Shown here piece after piece: positions 52,000 to 63,382 of a stretch of 64,000 nucleotides of DNA. How positions within the stretch are numbered: the stretch's first letter is position 1; every line of letters starts with the position of its first letter. The notes under the pieces are model-generated. The model did no database searches and had not been told where the DNA came from. It saw nothing but the letters and a program-made list of their open reading frames with translations. Made by a program: the position numbers and the translations under genes. This stretch comes from Hemiscyllium ocellatum (taxonomy: Eukaryota), in assembly GCF_020745735.1 (NCBI RefSeq), contig NC_083420.1, positions 30,194,001 to 30,258,000 on the forward strand, given 5' to 3'.

Positions 52000-53430
52000 G
52001 GAATTTATGATTTGGAGAAGGTTCTTAGGTGGCATCCTATAGCGTGCTGAACAATGTGGAGCGTGGTGAGAATTCTTGGAGAATCACGTGAGAATTCCAG
52101 CAAAAGTCTTTCTCGTTGGTGGCAGCAACAAGTCGTATTTTCCAGAAGGGTTCCAGGCAATGCTACCTTGGTTAGTTCACACCAACATCTCAGGTTACAT
52201 TCCAGGACAATGTAGCACTCCATGTGCACATGAACCTTGACATCCAATCCATGCCAGCTTCTGCACACCCTGACAATCTCTAATCTAATTATGCTTCTGC
52301 ACTCCATGCTGCACTTTAGTGTGCACTGGCATCTCTCATTGCAATCCTGCTGCAAGGACACTTTACGCAGGAATGGAGTGTACGTTTGGATCAGGCTGCA
52401 TCTATAGCTGCTTATTGGCTCTCTTAACACTCATTCACCTCACACCTATTTAATTTCTCATGGCGTCTCTCCCTTCCCAGTCTTGCCTTACCATACATCG
52501 CATTTTAGTGGAAAAACAAAGCCAGGCAGTTTGTTATTGCTGTCAGCACTCACCAGTCAAGGAGTGAAGATATTGCTGCACATCACCAAGCTATGTCAGT
52601 ATTAAAACTGCACCATGAACTGATACCTCTTGTGACTGCCACACTGCCTGTGCTTTAATCAAATGGCCATGTACTAAAGTCTCCAGGAGGGTGTAGCGTC
52701 CAGTTACGTCAAGGGAGAGAGCCTTCAGTCAGGGGTGTCTGATACAGTAAATCAGGAAGAGGGTCCAACATCAGTCTGGGGGCTTGTTTATAGTCAGGAA
52801 GCCACTTGGGATGGACATGGTCAGGATTCTCTCCTCATAGGATTTGAGGTGCCAAATGATGGGCAGCCCACCACACATAAAGGCTCTTTCCAGTGTTTTA
52901 TGGACTATTTTCATCAGCAATGAGAAAAAGCAAGAGATTTATGAGATGAAGGTGGCTGGCACAGCTGTTGGTACTGGAGCACATGGAGGAAAGGTGTTGA
53001 GGTGACCCAAATAAATGAATAGGAAGTGCAAGAGACCATGCAGGATTTGTAGAGTGAAGAGTTTGGGTATTTAAGAGAGCGTGAGGAAATATATCGCAGA
53101 CAATAGTGAGTGGTAAAGCTTGAGCCTTGGCGTAAGGTGGGTGCAGTGGAGAGAGAGTGAATGTGAGGTACGAGGGAAAAGATTGTGACGCTTACCCTGA
53201 CAGAGTGGAGAAGATCATTGATTCCTGGGCGTACCTTCAGACAACTGACACTGCAGTGACCTGGATATTAGCCTCACAGGAGGCAAGGCAGTGCAGAGTC
53301 TGGTGTTGTGGCCTCCACTTCTGGTCCTAGGTACAGTAGACATCCACCCTCTGCACCATCCCATCCATCAGGCTTTTCAGTTTCCTGTTAGAAAAAAAGC
53401 AGGGTTCCAATTTTTCCCTCTATCCCAAGT
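52000..53430 (-). mobile_element. Harbinger-type relic with Myb/SANT-like exon
   Basis: Minus 53420-53190 reads …FSNRKLKSLMDGMVQRVDV…NDLLHSVR then donor GTAAG; paralogous to 15960-16135; left boundary uncertain. Confidence 0.5.
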
Positions 53431-53635
53431 TTAGGGTAAATGACCTGAACCGAACAGGGTAACTCTGGACAACCAACACTTGTCCATTTGCACAACAGCC
53501 TTGTAAAGGTGGAGCCAGCAGCATAGATGTCAGTTTATTCCAAAAGAAAACTTACTAGACCTTGTGGGGAGAAACACTCCATGAAATTTACAAAAATTAC
53601 TTTTCCAAAATATGCAAGATTATTGTTCAAAGAAT

Positions 53636-53822
53636 TAGTCATAAAGTCATGGAGATGTACAGAACAGAGACAGACCCTTCAGTCCAACTCATCCATGTCA
53701 ACCAGATATCCTAACCTAACCAAGTCCAATTTGTCAGCATTTGGCCCATATCCCTCTAAATCCTTCCGATGTATATACCCAACCATGTGCCTTTTAAATG
53801 TTGTAATTATATTAGTTTTCAC
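53636..53822 (-). mobile_element. CR1 3' end
   Basis: Reverse complement of the 3' end of the element at 62800-62990. Confidence 0.88.
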
Positions 53823-54978
53823 CGATGATTTAAGCCATGCAGAGCATACTCGCCTTGAGTTTCTGAGACAAAGTCATGTACTTGAATTGTTTAAGGATGA
53901 ATGTACACTGTCAAAATACCAGAGAAAATCTTACGTCTTAACTCTTCTGTGCTGTACTGTCCATACACAGAAAGGACACGTACAATAGTTTCTGGCCCAT
54001 TTCCAAAGCCCTGAAGACCAGGAAACTCGACAGTATCATGAAAATTTTCCAGTGTGGTCAAAGCACAAAAACATACCAATTGCAGGATCAGTGTCACAAA
54101 TGAATGCGTGGTTTTTGAAACCAATCCAACAATTTTGGGAGGATCTGCCAGGATATCAATTTGTATATGGAGAAATGTCCAGGCTGATTGAATGAACCAC
54201 AGGGTGAAATCTAGACCAACACAGACATATCCAGGAAATGGTGGCTGATTGTAATAGTCAGGTTCAGTGGGTCTCGCTGTGCTTCTAGTATGTGGTGATT
54301 CAATTCCTAACTGAACTGTACGTTTCAACACCCACGGGAAAGATTAGAGTCAAACATCTGAACATTGCCATTCATACACACGTATGTGCAAGTGTTTGCA
54401 ACTCCCCCCTTTCATGTAGGGGACCAAGCGAGCCCTCTCATGGAACAGTGACAATGTCCCTACCCCGATCCCTGGTTCATGTCCCACCTACTCCAGAGGT
54501 GTGCCATGATCTCTCTGAACAGGTTGATTAGGGGAAAGGCAGATTTTTTTTTTAAAAAGGGGTGACTGAGAGCAATTCTAAAGCATTTATAGCTTTGTTC
54601 AAGTAGTAACCATGTGTTAATCCAAACACAGGATTGGTGAGACGCTTGACTCCAGGGTCATCTTGCTTTGCTAATGGGCTTGCTAACCAAGAAAATCAAG
54701 GGCAGGGGCCTTAATTCCCTGCATATTTATGGTAATGTGCAGTGTCTCTGTTTGTCTTTTCCATACTTCTAAAGTGAACATCTGTTCCACTGGTTACCAC
54801 TTCTATTCAAAACAACAAATTTTGTTCCCAGGGTAAGATTAGACAAAGAACTTACTTTCTGTGAACTAATTTCTTGCCCTGGACCGACAGTTGCAGTTTT
54901 GATTTATTTGTGTGATTTGTGCCTTTCTAGCGTCCTCTCAAATTTTTACCTTCCAGATTCAACTTTCTTGGGGATCAT

Positions 54979-55065
54979 GTTGTGAGATTGAGCAGTTGCC
55001 AGCCTTTACAATCATGCTTACTGCCTGCTGCCATAAAACTCTCCAACAACTGCTCAATTCACAAC
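54979..55065. repeat. inverted repeat / hairpin, 19-bp stem with one bulge
   Basis: GTTGTGAGATTGAGCAGTTG (54979-54998) vs CAACTGCTCAATTCACAAC (55047-55065). Confidence 0.85.
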
Positions 55066-55141
55066 TCAATCATGGCAGGGGACTCCCAGGATGTCAGCTG
55101 TAATGCTTCAGGAATATTCTCAACGTATCCATGAAGGAGCC

Positions 55142-55765
55142 AAGGGAGTCCAGAACTAGAATGGATGGGTTTAGGGTGAGAGAGATAGATTAGATTAGAT
55201 TACTTACAGTGTGGAAACAGGCCCTTATGGCCCAACAAGTCCACACCGACCAGCCGAAGCGAAACCCACCCCTACTCCTACATTTGCCCCTTACCTAACA
55301 CTATGGGCAATTTAGCATGGCCAACTCACCTGACCTGCGCATCTTTGGACTGTGGGAGGAAACCGGAGCACCCAGAGGAAACCCCCACAGACACAGTGAG
55401 AACTCCACACAGTCAGTCGCCTGAGGCAGGAGTTGAACCCGGGTCTCTGGTGCTGTGAGGCAGCAGTGCTAACCGCAGTGCCACCGTGCTGCCCATGAAC
55501 CTAAGGGACTAAAAAAAACCTAAGGGACAACTTTTTCACACAGAGGGTGGTACACATATGGGATGAGCTGCCAGAGGAAGTGGTGGAGGCTAGTAGAATT
55601 GCAACATTTAAAAGGCATTTGGATGGGTATATGAATAGGAAGGGCTTGGAGGGATATGGACTGGGTGCTGGCAGGTGGGACTAGATTGGGTTGGGATATC
55701 TGGTCGGCATGGATGGGTTGGATAGAATGGTCTGTTTCCATGCCGTACATCTCTATGACTCTATG
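55142..55765 (+). mobile_element. CR1 3' fragment split by a SINE
   Basis: GAGTCCAGAACTAGA…GTGAGA before the SINE; NFFTQRVV..W.ELPEEVV and 3' UTR after it. Confidence 0.9.
55185..55494 (-). mobile_element. HE1-type V-SINE
   Basis: Full reverse SINE with (AATCT)n tail. Confidence 0.94.
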
Positions 55766-55941
55766 GCTTGTGACTGGATAAAATGGCGAAAAGCTTGTAC
55801 AAGACACAGATCTTGTGGCAGAATTTGCAGATGGTGCTTTAGCGCTTCTCAGCCATCTCAAAACCTGTCAAACTGGGGTGGAAATAAGTCATCCTCAAAC
55901 CTGATGGCATTGCCAGAGAAGGAGATAATTCCCAAAGCTCT

Positions 55942-56748
55942 TGTCACTCTCCAAGAGTTCAACAGATTGTTTTGGACCAGGCCAGACCCTTTAAAAACAT
56001 TTTGAGAAAGTGGCTCAGACCCTAATTTTGCTGGTTGCTTTAAGCAGATGTAAAGTGGATATTCCAGGAGTAATGCAGCTGCTCAACGCACTTAGTTTTA
56101 AACAAATCAAAATTTATTTACAAGATTATCGAATGAAACACAAACAAAAGAGAACGGAATACAGAATAACTTAACTTATCCAAAAACCTAACAGATTTTC
56201 TCAACTTAATAATGCTGTTCCCAATACTTGCAACAATCCTTATAAACACCACTTGGCACAAAAGGAAAAATCAAACACAGGGTCTTACAGGACAGAATTC
56301 AGAGAGAGATCAGCATGGACCTGCTTCTTTGGGTTCAGCAGCTTTTACAACAGCCTGACTGCTTTCAGTGAATAGCCAGACCAAACCAGAGAAAAGCTGA
56401 TGCTGGGAGAACTGGTCACTCCCCTTTCATTGTACAAATGTTGTTTTTAAATTTGAAAGCCTTCTGTTTGAGACAGTATCCATTAGCTACAATCAAATTG
56501 ACTCTCAAACACTTCAAACCTAAACATTTTGAAGCCTGTGTCTTTTATGATCTCTCTGAAAAACGTTTAAAAATGTGTTGCCTGAAACGTCGATTCTCCT
56601 GCTCCTTTGATGCTGCCTGACCTGCTGCGCTTTTCCAGCAACACATTTTTAAGCTCTGATCTCCAGCATCTGCAGTCCTCACTTTCTCCTCTCTGAAAAA
56701 AGTGCCAAGGAAGACATAACCCTGTTAAAGGAGCACCATCAAGTGACA
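55942..56748 (-). mobile_element. solo LTR
   Basis: TGTCACT…AGTGACA inverted termini; TTTATT (AATAAA on minus) near 56113; no clear TSD. Confidence 0.6.
56564..56688. mobile_element. truncated Penelope-derived element inside the LTR
   Basis: Same family as 8810-9031; retains GAAACGTC at 56584-56591; 12-bp TSD CTCTCTGAAAAA at 56552-56563 and 56689-56700. Confidence 0.8.
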
Positions 56749-58419
56749 ATTATTTATACATGTAAAAGCTGTTAGCATTTTACATTAAGCTTAAATTGTG
56801 ACCACTTCATCTCAGTTTGCCGATGTAAACCAGTACTTTGACTGCATCTGACATTTATTGCTCATTCACCCTAGAATGGTCCCAAACTTATTGTATACAT
56901 GTGTGGAGTTTCATTAATACTTGGGGCTCCCTAGGTGGTTCTTGAGTCTGATGTTGTGGAGATTTGTACGTGTGATCAGGAAATAATGTGCAGCGTCTTG
57001 CAATGGTGAATCAAAGTTTAAAAGGTCCTTTATCTTTCTATAAAGTCTCAGAATGTTATACGGCTCAGCCAGTGCCCATTCACACTGCTGTCATAAATTC
57101 CATAAGGCCTGGACTGCTATTGCTTCATACTTCTCTGAAGAAGCTGGAAACCTAAGAGAGTTACAAGGCCAAAGTTTAGATTTTATATTGGCTGTATGCT
57201 TAAGTATCCAGACCTAATGCTTGAATAGATGGCATGTTCATAGAGCCAATCTTTTTCTCTCTTAAAGGAGAGCAAGGTTGTCAACTGTCACAAATCTTAT
57301 TTGATTTCTTCATTAATGTTATGTTGGAGTTCTCATAAATAATGAGTCAAAGAGGTAGATCTTGAATTTGAATGAAAGTGGAATATAGGTTTGTGCCAGG
57401 TGGCAGTCTGTTTTACATTTTCCCTAAATTTTATTTCCATTGAGATGAAGATCTGGCTACAAATTCACTATCATTCATTTTACACTATCACACAATGTCA
57501 GGATCTACCCCAGGCTGTTTCTACTGAAATGTGCTCCTTTTCAAAGACGGTTTTGTACTGTTGACAGGTTCATCTGGAGACCTAATGCATTTCAATCACC
57601 GTCATCAAAATTTCTTGGAGAGCATTGTGCCCCTAGGTCGTTGTAGGAAATTAATTTTTCACCATCAGAGCCGACTTCCTTCTTCAAAAAAAAAACTATG
57701 CAGAGTTGAATTTAGCTGTTTCTTATGTTAGAAAGAGATCACAGGCTCTGGAAAGTTCTTTTCAAATGTCATGTATGGGGATATGAAATTCAATTTTCAC
57801 AGAAAAGCAAACTGAATTTCAAAACGTGAAAAATAACAATCCTGAAGTCCAATGTAATGTGAGGAAATTTTAGTTGTTTGTTTATGTTGAAGCAGTGAAA
57901 GCTAATTTACACTACAATTTGTTGGTTGATTGTTTGGAATATGTCACTGCGAATTGGAGATGAATCAGAAGAAATGCAACAAACAGATAAGTCCCCATAA
58001 TTGGATTATGGTGATAAGATTTGGTAGACAGACTACTCATGATGGGTTTTCTTTTCCTCCAACAGAACATTTTACCTGATGCATAAATGCTTATGTTATC
58101 CTTTGTAAATAAGAAGTGAAGCATAGACAATGTTGAATGGAAGAATTTAACAGAGCTTTACAACAGCTGGCTGTTACATACAAACATTACATTTCTCAGA
58201 CAACTGACTGTCTAGGTGGCTATTAGTTCTAAAGTTACACAGCCTCCTGCCTGTCTACTTTGGATTCCAGCATCTGCAGTTTTTTTTTGTCTCTAATAAA
58301 GTTACACAGAGCTGTATGCTTCTTGTAGCTTTTGATACTTCAAGTGATCCAAGTTTAGATGGGATATGTAACATTTATAACCTTAGGTCATGGTGATGAT
58401 TTAATGAGCATGTCTCTTA

Positions 58420-58945
58420 AAGATACAGAAATGTAGCATTATAGGAACAGGAGCAGGCCATTCAGCCTCTTGAGTCTGGTCTACCATTCAATGAGATCAC
58501 AGCTGATCTGTGGCCTAACTCCACATGCCACCCTTTGTCTCCTATCCCTTAATATCTTTGCTTAAAAAATCTACCTCACAGTCAAAACTAACAATTGACC
58601 TCACATAAACTGCTGTTAATGGGATACAGTTTTAAACCTCCACCATTGTTTGTGTGTAGAAGTGCTTCTTAACATCTCTCCTCAATAGTATGGCCCAAAC
58701 CTTTAGACTATGCCCCCTAGTTTTAGAATCTCCAAACAGTGGCATTAGATTATCTATTCTGTCTTTTCCTGTAAACATCTTGACATCTTCAATCAGATTA
58801 TCCCTTCACCTTCTAAGTTCTAGAGAAAATCAGCCTAATTTGTATAATCTCCCCTCATAACTTAACCCCTGAAGTCCTGGTATCAGATTGTTGGAAACCT
58901 ATGATGTAGTCCCTTCAAGGCCAATATATCCTATCTAAGATATAA
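58420..58945 (-). mobile_element. CR1 3' fragment
   Basis: Reverse 3' UTR (ATAGGAACAGGAGCAGGCCATTCAGCC) and ORF2 end. Confidence 0.85.
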
Positions 58946-58999
58946 AGAATTTATAAATAAACACATGTCTGAAAGGGCTGTGCAGGAAAGAGGGGTTCA

Positions 59000-59355
59000 C
59001 AAAGGATGCTCTCTAATTGAATAAAGCCATACCACTTCTCTTGTTTCCCCATTTGAATGGCCTACTACCATGATGCAGTGGTCAATTAAGCTATCCTCCT
59101 GACACTCCTCTTCCTCATCCACGCAGGGAACGGGTGCCTTGTTTGGAGTGTGACTGCCTGAAACACAGCATCAAGTAACTCTTGTCTTCTTTGATCTGTC
59201 ACAATGTCCAAAACTTGAACCCCGGCTCATCAACTCTGAGCTGATGTCCCTTGAGTTACAAGGACTTTCTGCTGAGGTTGTCAGTGTGGTTTGCAATGGA
59301 GTCTACCAGCTCCCACATACCACAGCTGCAACACATCCCCTGCACTGCCAACTTT
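59000..59355 (-). mobile_element. CR1 ORF1 5' fragment
   Basis: Minus strand reads MAVQGMCCSCGMWEL…, homologous to the start of ORF1 near 59860. Confidence 0.55.
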
Positions 59356-59363
59356 ATTTTATA

Positions 59364-59548
59364 ATGTGGAAGTGCCAGTGTTGGACTGGGGTGGACAAAA
59401 TTAAAAATCATACAACACCAGATTATAGTCCAACTGGTTTATTTGAGAGTACAAGCTTTCAGAGTGCTGCTCCTTCATCAGCACCCCAAAAGTTTGTACT
59501 TTGAAATAAACCTGTTCGACAATAAACTGGTGTTGTTTGATTTTTAAC
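59364..59548. mobile_element. internally deleted Penelope-derived palindrome with a complete hammerhead core
   Basis: Family of 38139-38708; minus 59481-59449 reads CTGATGA-A-GGAGC-AGC-ACTCT-GAAA-GCTT-GTAC. Confidence 0.75.
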
Positions 59549-59687
59549 CTCATTTTAGGTAGCTAAGTTTGCTTTTATTGAAAATCCGATTCTCAAAGAC
59601 CTTTAATTATAATACACTTTTCTAAGTGTAATGCTTTTAAAGTTGATCCCTAAGCATAGATTCATTACCATCTAAACAATACACCAT

Positions 59688-62600
59688 TTGTGGGTTCTTT
59701 CTTGATTATATGTTTTTGGAGATATGTCTCTTGATTAAACTTAAAATATAAGCCATAACTATTAATCTAACCTGGGGCAGTGTTTTCTAGAGGAATAAGA
59801 TGGTGTTATTTTCTGGGACTGTAGATTGTGAAGGAGCAAAACTAGACTTTATTAGAGTGATATGTGTTTCTTGTCAGATGTGGGAGTTTAAAGAGAGTTT
59901 AAGGGTTACTGCAGATTATATCTGCAATAAATGCAGTTGGTTGCAAATCTTATCAGATTGAATGGATCATTTGGAGAGACAGAAGCAATGAGGAATTTAC
60001 AACAGCAACAGTATGTGATGGATGGCAGTTATGGGGGGGGGGGGGGGCGGGCCTAAGTCTCAGATGCAGTCACATAGATGGGTTAACTTCAGGAAGGATA
60101 AGAGAGGTAGGCAGCCAGTGCAGGAGTCTTTTTGTGGCTATACCCATTTCAACTGTTTTGGAAAATGCAAGGGGTGATGGATTCTCAGGGGAACATAGCA
60201 TGGACAGCCAAGTTTCTGGTATTGAGACTGGCTTTAAAGCAACAAGGGATACGTTGGGCTCCAAGTGATCAATTGTGTTCGGGGATTCCCTAGTCCGAGG
60301 TACGGACAGACATTTCTGTGGGCAGCAGTGAAAAATCAGAACGGTGTGTTACTTCCCTGGTGCCAGGATCAAGGATGTCTCAAAGAGGGTGCAGAATGTT
60401 CTCATGGGGGAGAGGGGCCAGCAAGAGGTCATTGTCCACATTGGAACCAATGATATAGGAAGGGAAAAGGTTCACATACTGAAAGGAGATTACGGAGAGT
60501 TAGGCATGAATTTAAAAAGGAGGTCCTCAAGAGTAGTAATATCTGGATTACTCCCGGTGCTACGAGCTAGTGAGGGCAGGAATAGGAGGATAGAGTAGAT
60601 GAATGCATGGCTGAGGTGCTTGTGTATGGGAGAAGGATTCATATTTCTGGATGATTGGAATCTCTTTTGGGGTAGAAGTGACCTGTACAAGAAGGACGGA
60701 TTGCACCTAAATTGGAAGGGGACTAATATACTGGCAGGGAAATTTGCTAGAACTGCTTGGGAGGATTTAAACTAGTAAGGTTGGGGGGAGGGGGGTGGGG
60801 GTAGTGGGGGGAGGGGAGAGGACCCAGTGAGATAGTGAGGAAAGAGATCAATCTGAGACTGGTAAAGTTGAGAACAGAAGTGAGTCAAACAGTCAGGGCA
60901 GGCAGGGACAAGGTAGGACTAATAAATTAATTTGCATTTATTTCAATGCAAGGGGCCTAACAGGGAAGGCAGATGAACTCAGGACATGGTTCGGAACATT
61001 GGACTGGGATATCATAGTAATTACAGAAACATGGCTCAGGGATGGGCAGGACTGGCAGCTTAATGTTCCAGGATAATGCTACAGGAAGGATAGAAAGGGA
61101 GGCAAGAGAGGAGGGGGAGAGGCATTTTTGATAAGGGATAGCATTATAGCTGTGCTGAGGGAGGCTATTCCCAGAAATACATCCAGGGAAGCCACTTGGG
61201 TAGAACTGAGAAATAAGAAAGGGATGATCACCTTATTGGGATTATATTATAGACCCCCTAATAGTCAGAGGGAAATTGAGAAACAAACTTGTAAGGAGAT
61301 CTCAGCTATCTGTAAGAATAATAGGGCAGTTATGGTTGGGGATTTTAACTTTCCAAACATCGACTGGGACTGCCATAGTGTTAAAGTTTTAGATGGAGAG
61401 GAATTTGAAATGGTTAAAGGTGGAAAAATCCCCAGGACCTGATCAGGTGTACCTGAGAGCTCTGGGTGAAGCTAGAGAAGTGATTGCTGGGCCTCTTGCT
61501 GAGATATTTGTATCATCGATAGCCACAGGTGAGGTGCCGGAAGACTGGAGGTTGGCAAACATGGTGCCACTGTTTAAGAAGGGCGATAAAGACAAGCCAG
61601 GGAACTATAGACCAGTGAGCCTGACCTCAGTGGTGGGCAAGTTGTTGGAGGGAATCCTGAGGGACAGGATGCACATGTATTTGGAAAGGCAAGGACTGAT
61701 TAGGGATAGTCAACATGGTTTTTTGTGTGTGGGAAATCATGTCTCACAAACTTGATTGAGATTTTTTGAATAAGTAACAAAGCGGATTGATGAGGGAAGA
61801 GTGGTAGATGTGATCTATATGGACTTCAGTAAGGCGTTTGACAAGGTTCCGCATGGGAGACTGATTAGCAAGGTTTGATCTCATGGAATACAGGGAGAAC
61901 TAGCCATTTGTCTACAGAACTGGCTCAAAAGTAGAAGACAGAGGGTGGTGGTGGAGGGTTGTTTTTCAGACTGGAGGCCTGTGACCAGTGGAGTGCCACA
62001 AGGTTCGGTGCTGGTTCTTTTACTTCTTGTCATTTACATAAATGATTTGGATGCGAACGTAAGAGTTACAGTTAGTAAGTTTGCAGATGACACCAAAATT
62101 GGAGGTGTAGTAGACAGCGAAGAGGGTCTGGACCAGATGGACCAGATGGGCCAATGGGCTGAGAAATGGCAGATGGAGTTTAATTCAGATAAATGTGAGG
62201 TGCTGCATTTTGGGAAAGCAAATCTGAGCAGGCCTTATACGCTTAATGGTAAGGTCCTAGGGAGAGTTGCTGAACAAAGAGACATTGGAGTGCAGGTTCA
62301 TAGCTCCTTGAAAGTGGAGTTGCAGGTAGACAGGATATTCAAGAAGGCGTTTGGTATACTTTCTTTTATTGATCAGTGTATTGAGTACAGGTGTTGGGAG
62401 GTCATGTTGCGGACATACAAGACATTGGTTAGGCCACTGTTGGAATATTGCATGCAATTCTGGTCTCCTTCCTATCGGAAACATGTTATGAAACTTGAAA
62501 TGGTTCAGAAAAGATTTACAAGAATGTTACCAGGGTTGGAGGATTTGGGCTATAGGGAGAGGCTGAACAGGCTGGGGTTGATTTCCCTGGAGCGTCGGAG

Positions 62601-62993
62601 GCTGAGGGTGACCTTATAGAGGTTTACAAAATTATGAGGGGCACACATTGAATAAATAGACAAAGTCTTTTCCCTGGGATTGGGAAGTCCAGAACTAGAG
62701 GGCATAGGTTTAGAGTGAGAGGGGAAAGATATAAAAGAGACCTAAGGGGCAACTTTTTCACACAGAGGGTGGTACGTGTATGGAATGAGCTGCCAGAAGA
62801 AATGGTGGAAGTTGGTATAATTGCAACATTTAAGAGGCATTTGGATGGATATATGAATAGAAAGGTTTTGGAGGGATATGGGCCAGGTGCTGACAGATGG
62901 GACTAGATTGGCTTGGGATATCTGGTCGGCATGGACGGGTTGGACCGAAGGATCTATTTCCATGCTGTACATTTCTATGACTCAGTGACTCTA
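59688..62993 (+). mobile_element. near full-length CR1 LINE pseudogene (5'UTR, esterase ORF1, EN, RT, 3'UTR) with internal deletion
   Basis: ORF1 Cys-rich start, GDS, PGARIKDV, VHIGTND, DGLH; EN GLYYRPPNS and MVGDFNFPNIDW; RT NYRPVSLTSVVGK, GVPQGSVL, KFADDTK; 3' UTR. Confidence 0.96.
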
Positions 62994-63189
62994 TTTCCCT
63001 ATGACATTACAGTTTTCCTTTGATTTTTTTCTTTCTTTTGTTCATTTGAGGCCGTTTAGCAACCAGGCCTGCCCTGAGCTAAATCTTAAAGATACTCTCT
63101 TTACCTTCATCTTAGTCTCCTCATTTAAATTCTTAGACGTTTTTCTTCTCACTTCTCAGTCATTCCCTGAACATAACAAAATAAAAATC

Positions 63190-63382
63190 TAAAGAACAGT
63201 GGATGCTGTAAATCAGAAACAAAAACAGAAGTTGCGGGTAAAGCTCAGCATCTATGAAGAGAAATCAGAATTTACATTTTGGGTCCGCTGACTGGTTCTG
63301 AGGAAAGGTCACTGGACCCAAACGTTAATTCTGATTTCTCTTCGCAGATGCTGAGCTTTTCCTGCAATTTCTGTTTTTATTG
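63190..63382. mobile_element. Penelope-derived palindromic element (third family) with decayed hammerhead
   Basis: Inverted arms AAAAACAGAAGTTGC…GCAATTTCTGTTTTT; CTGAGGA at 63298-63304 followed by a stem and AAACGTT. Confidence 0.65.

Noticed and set aside
61945-62619. 224-aa reverse transcriptase ORF as a functional gene
   Set aside because: Fragment of a CR1 with stops, frameshifts and deletions.
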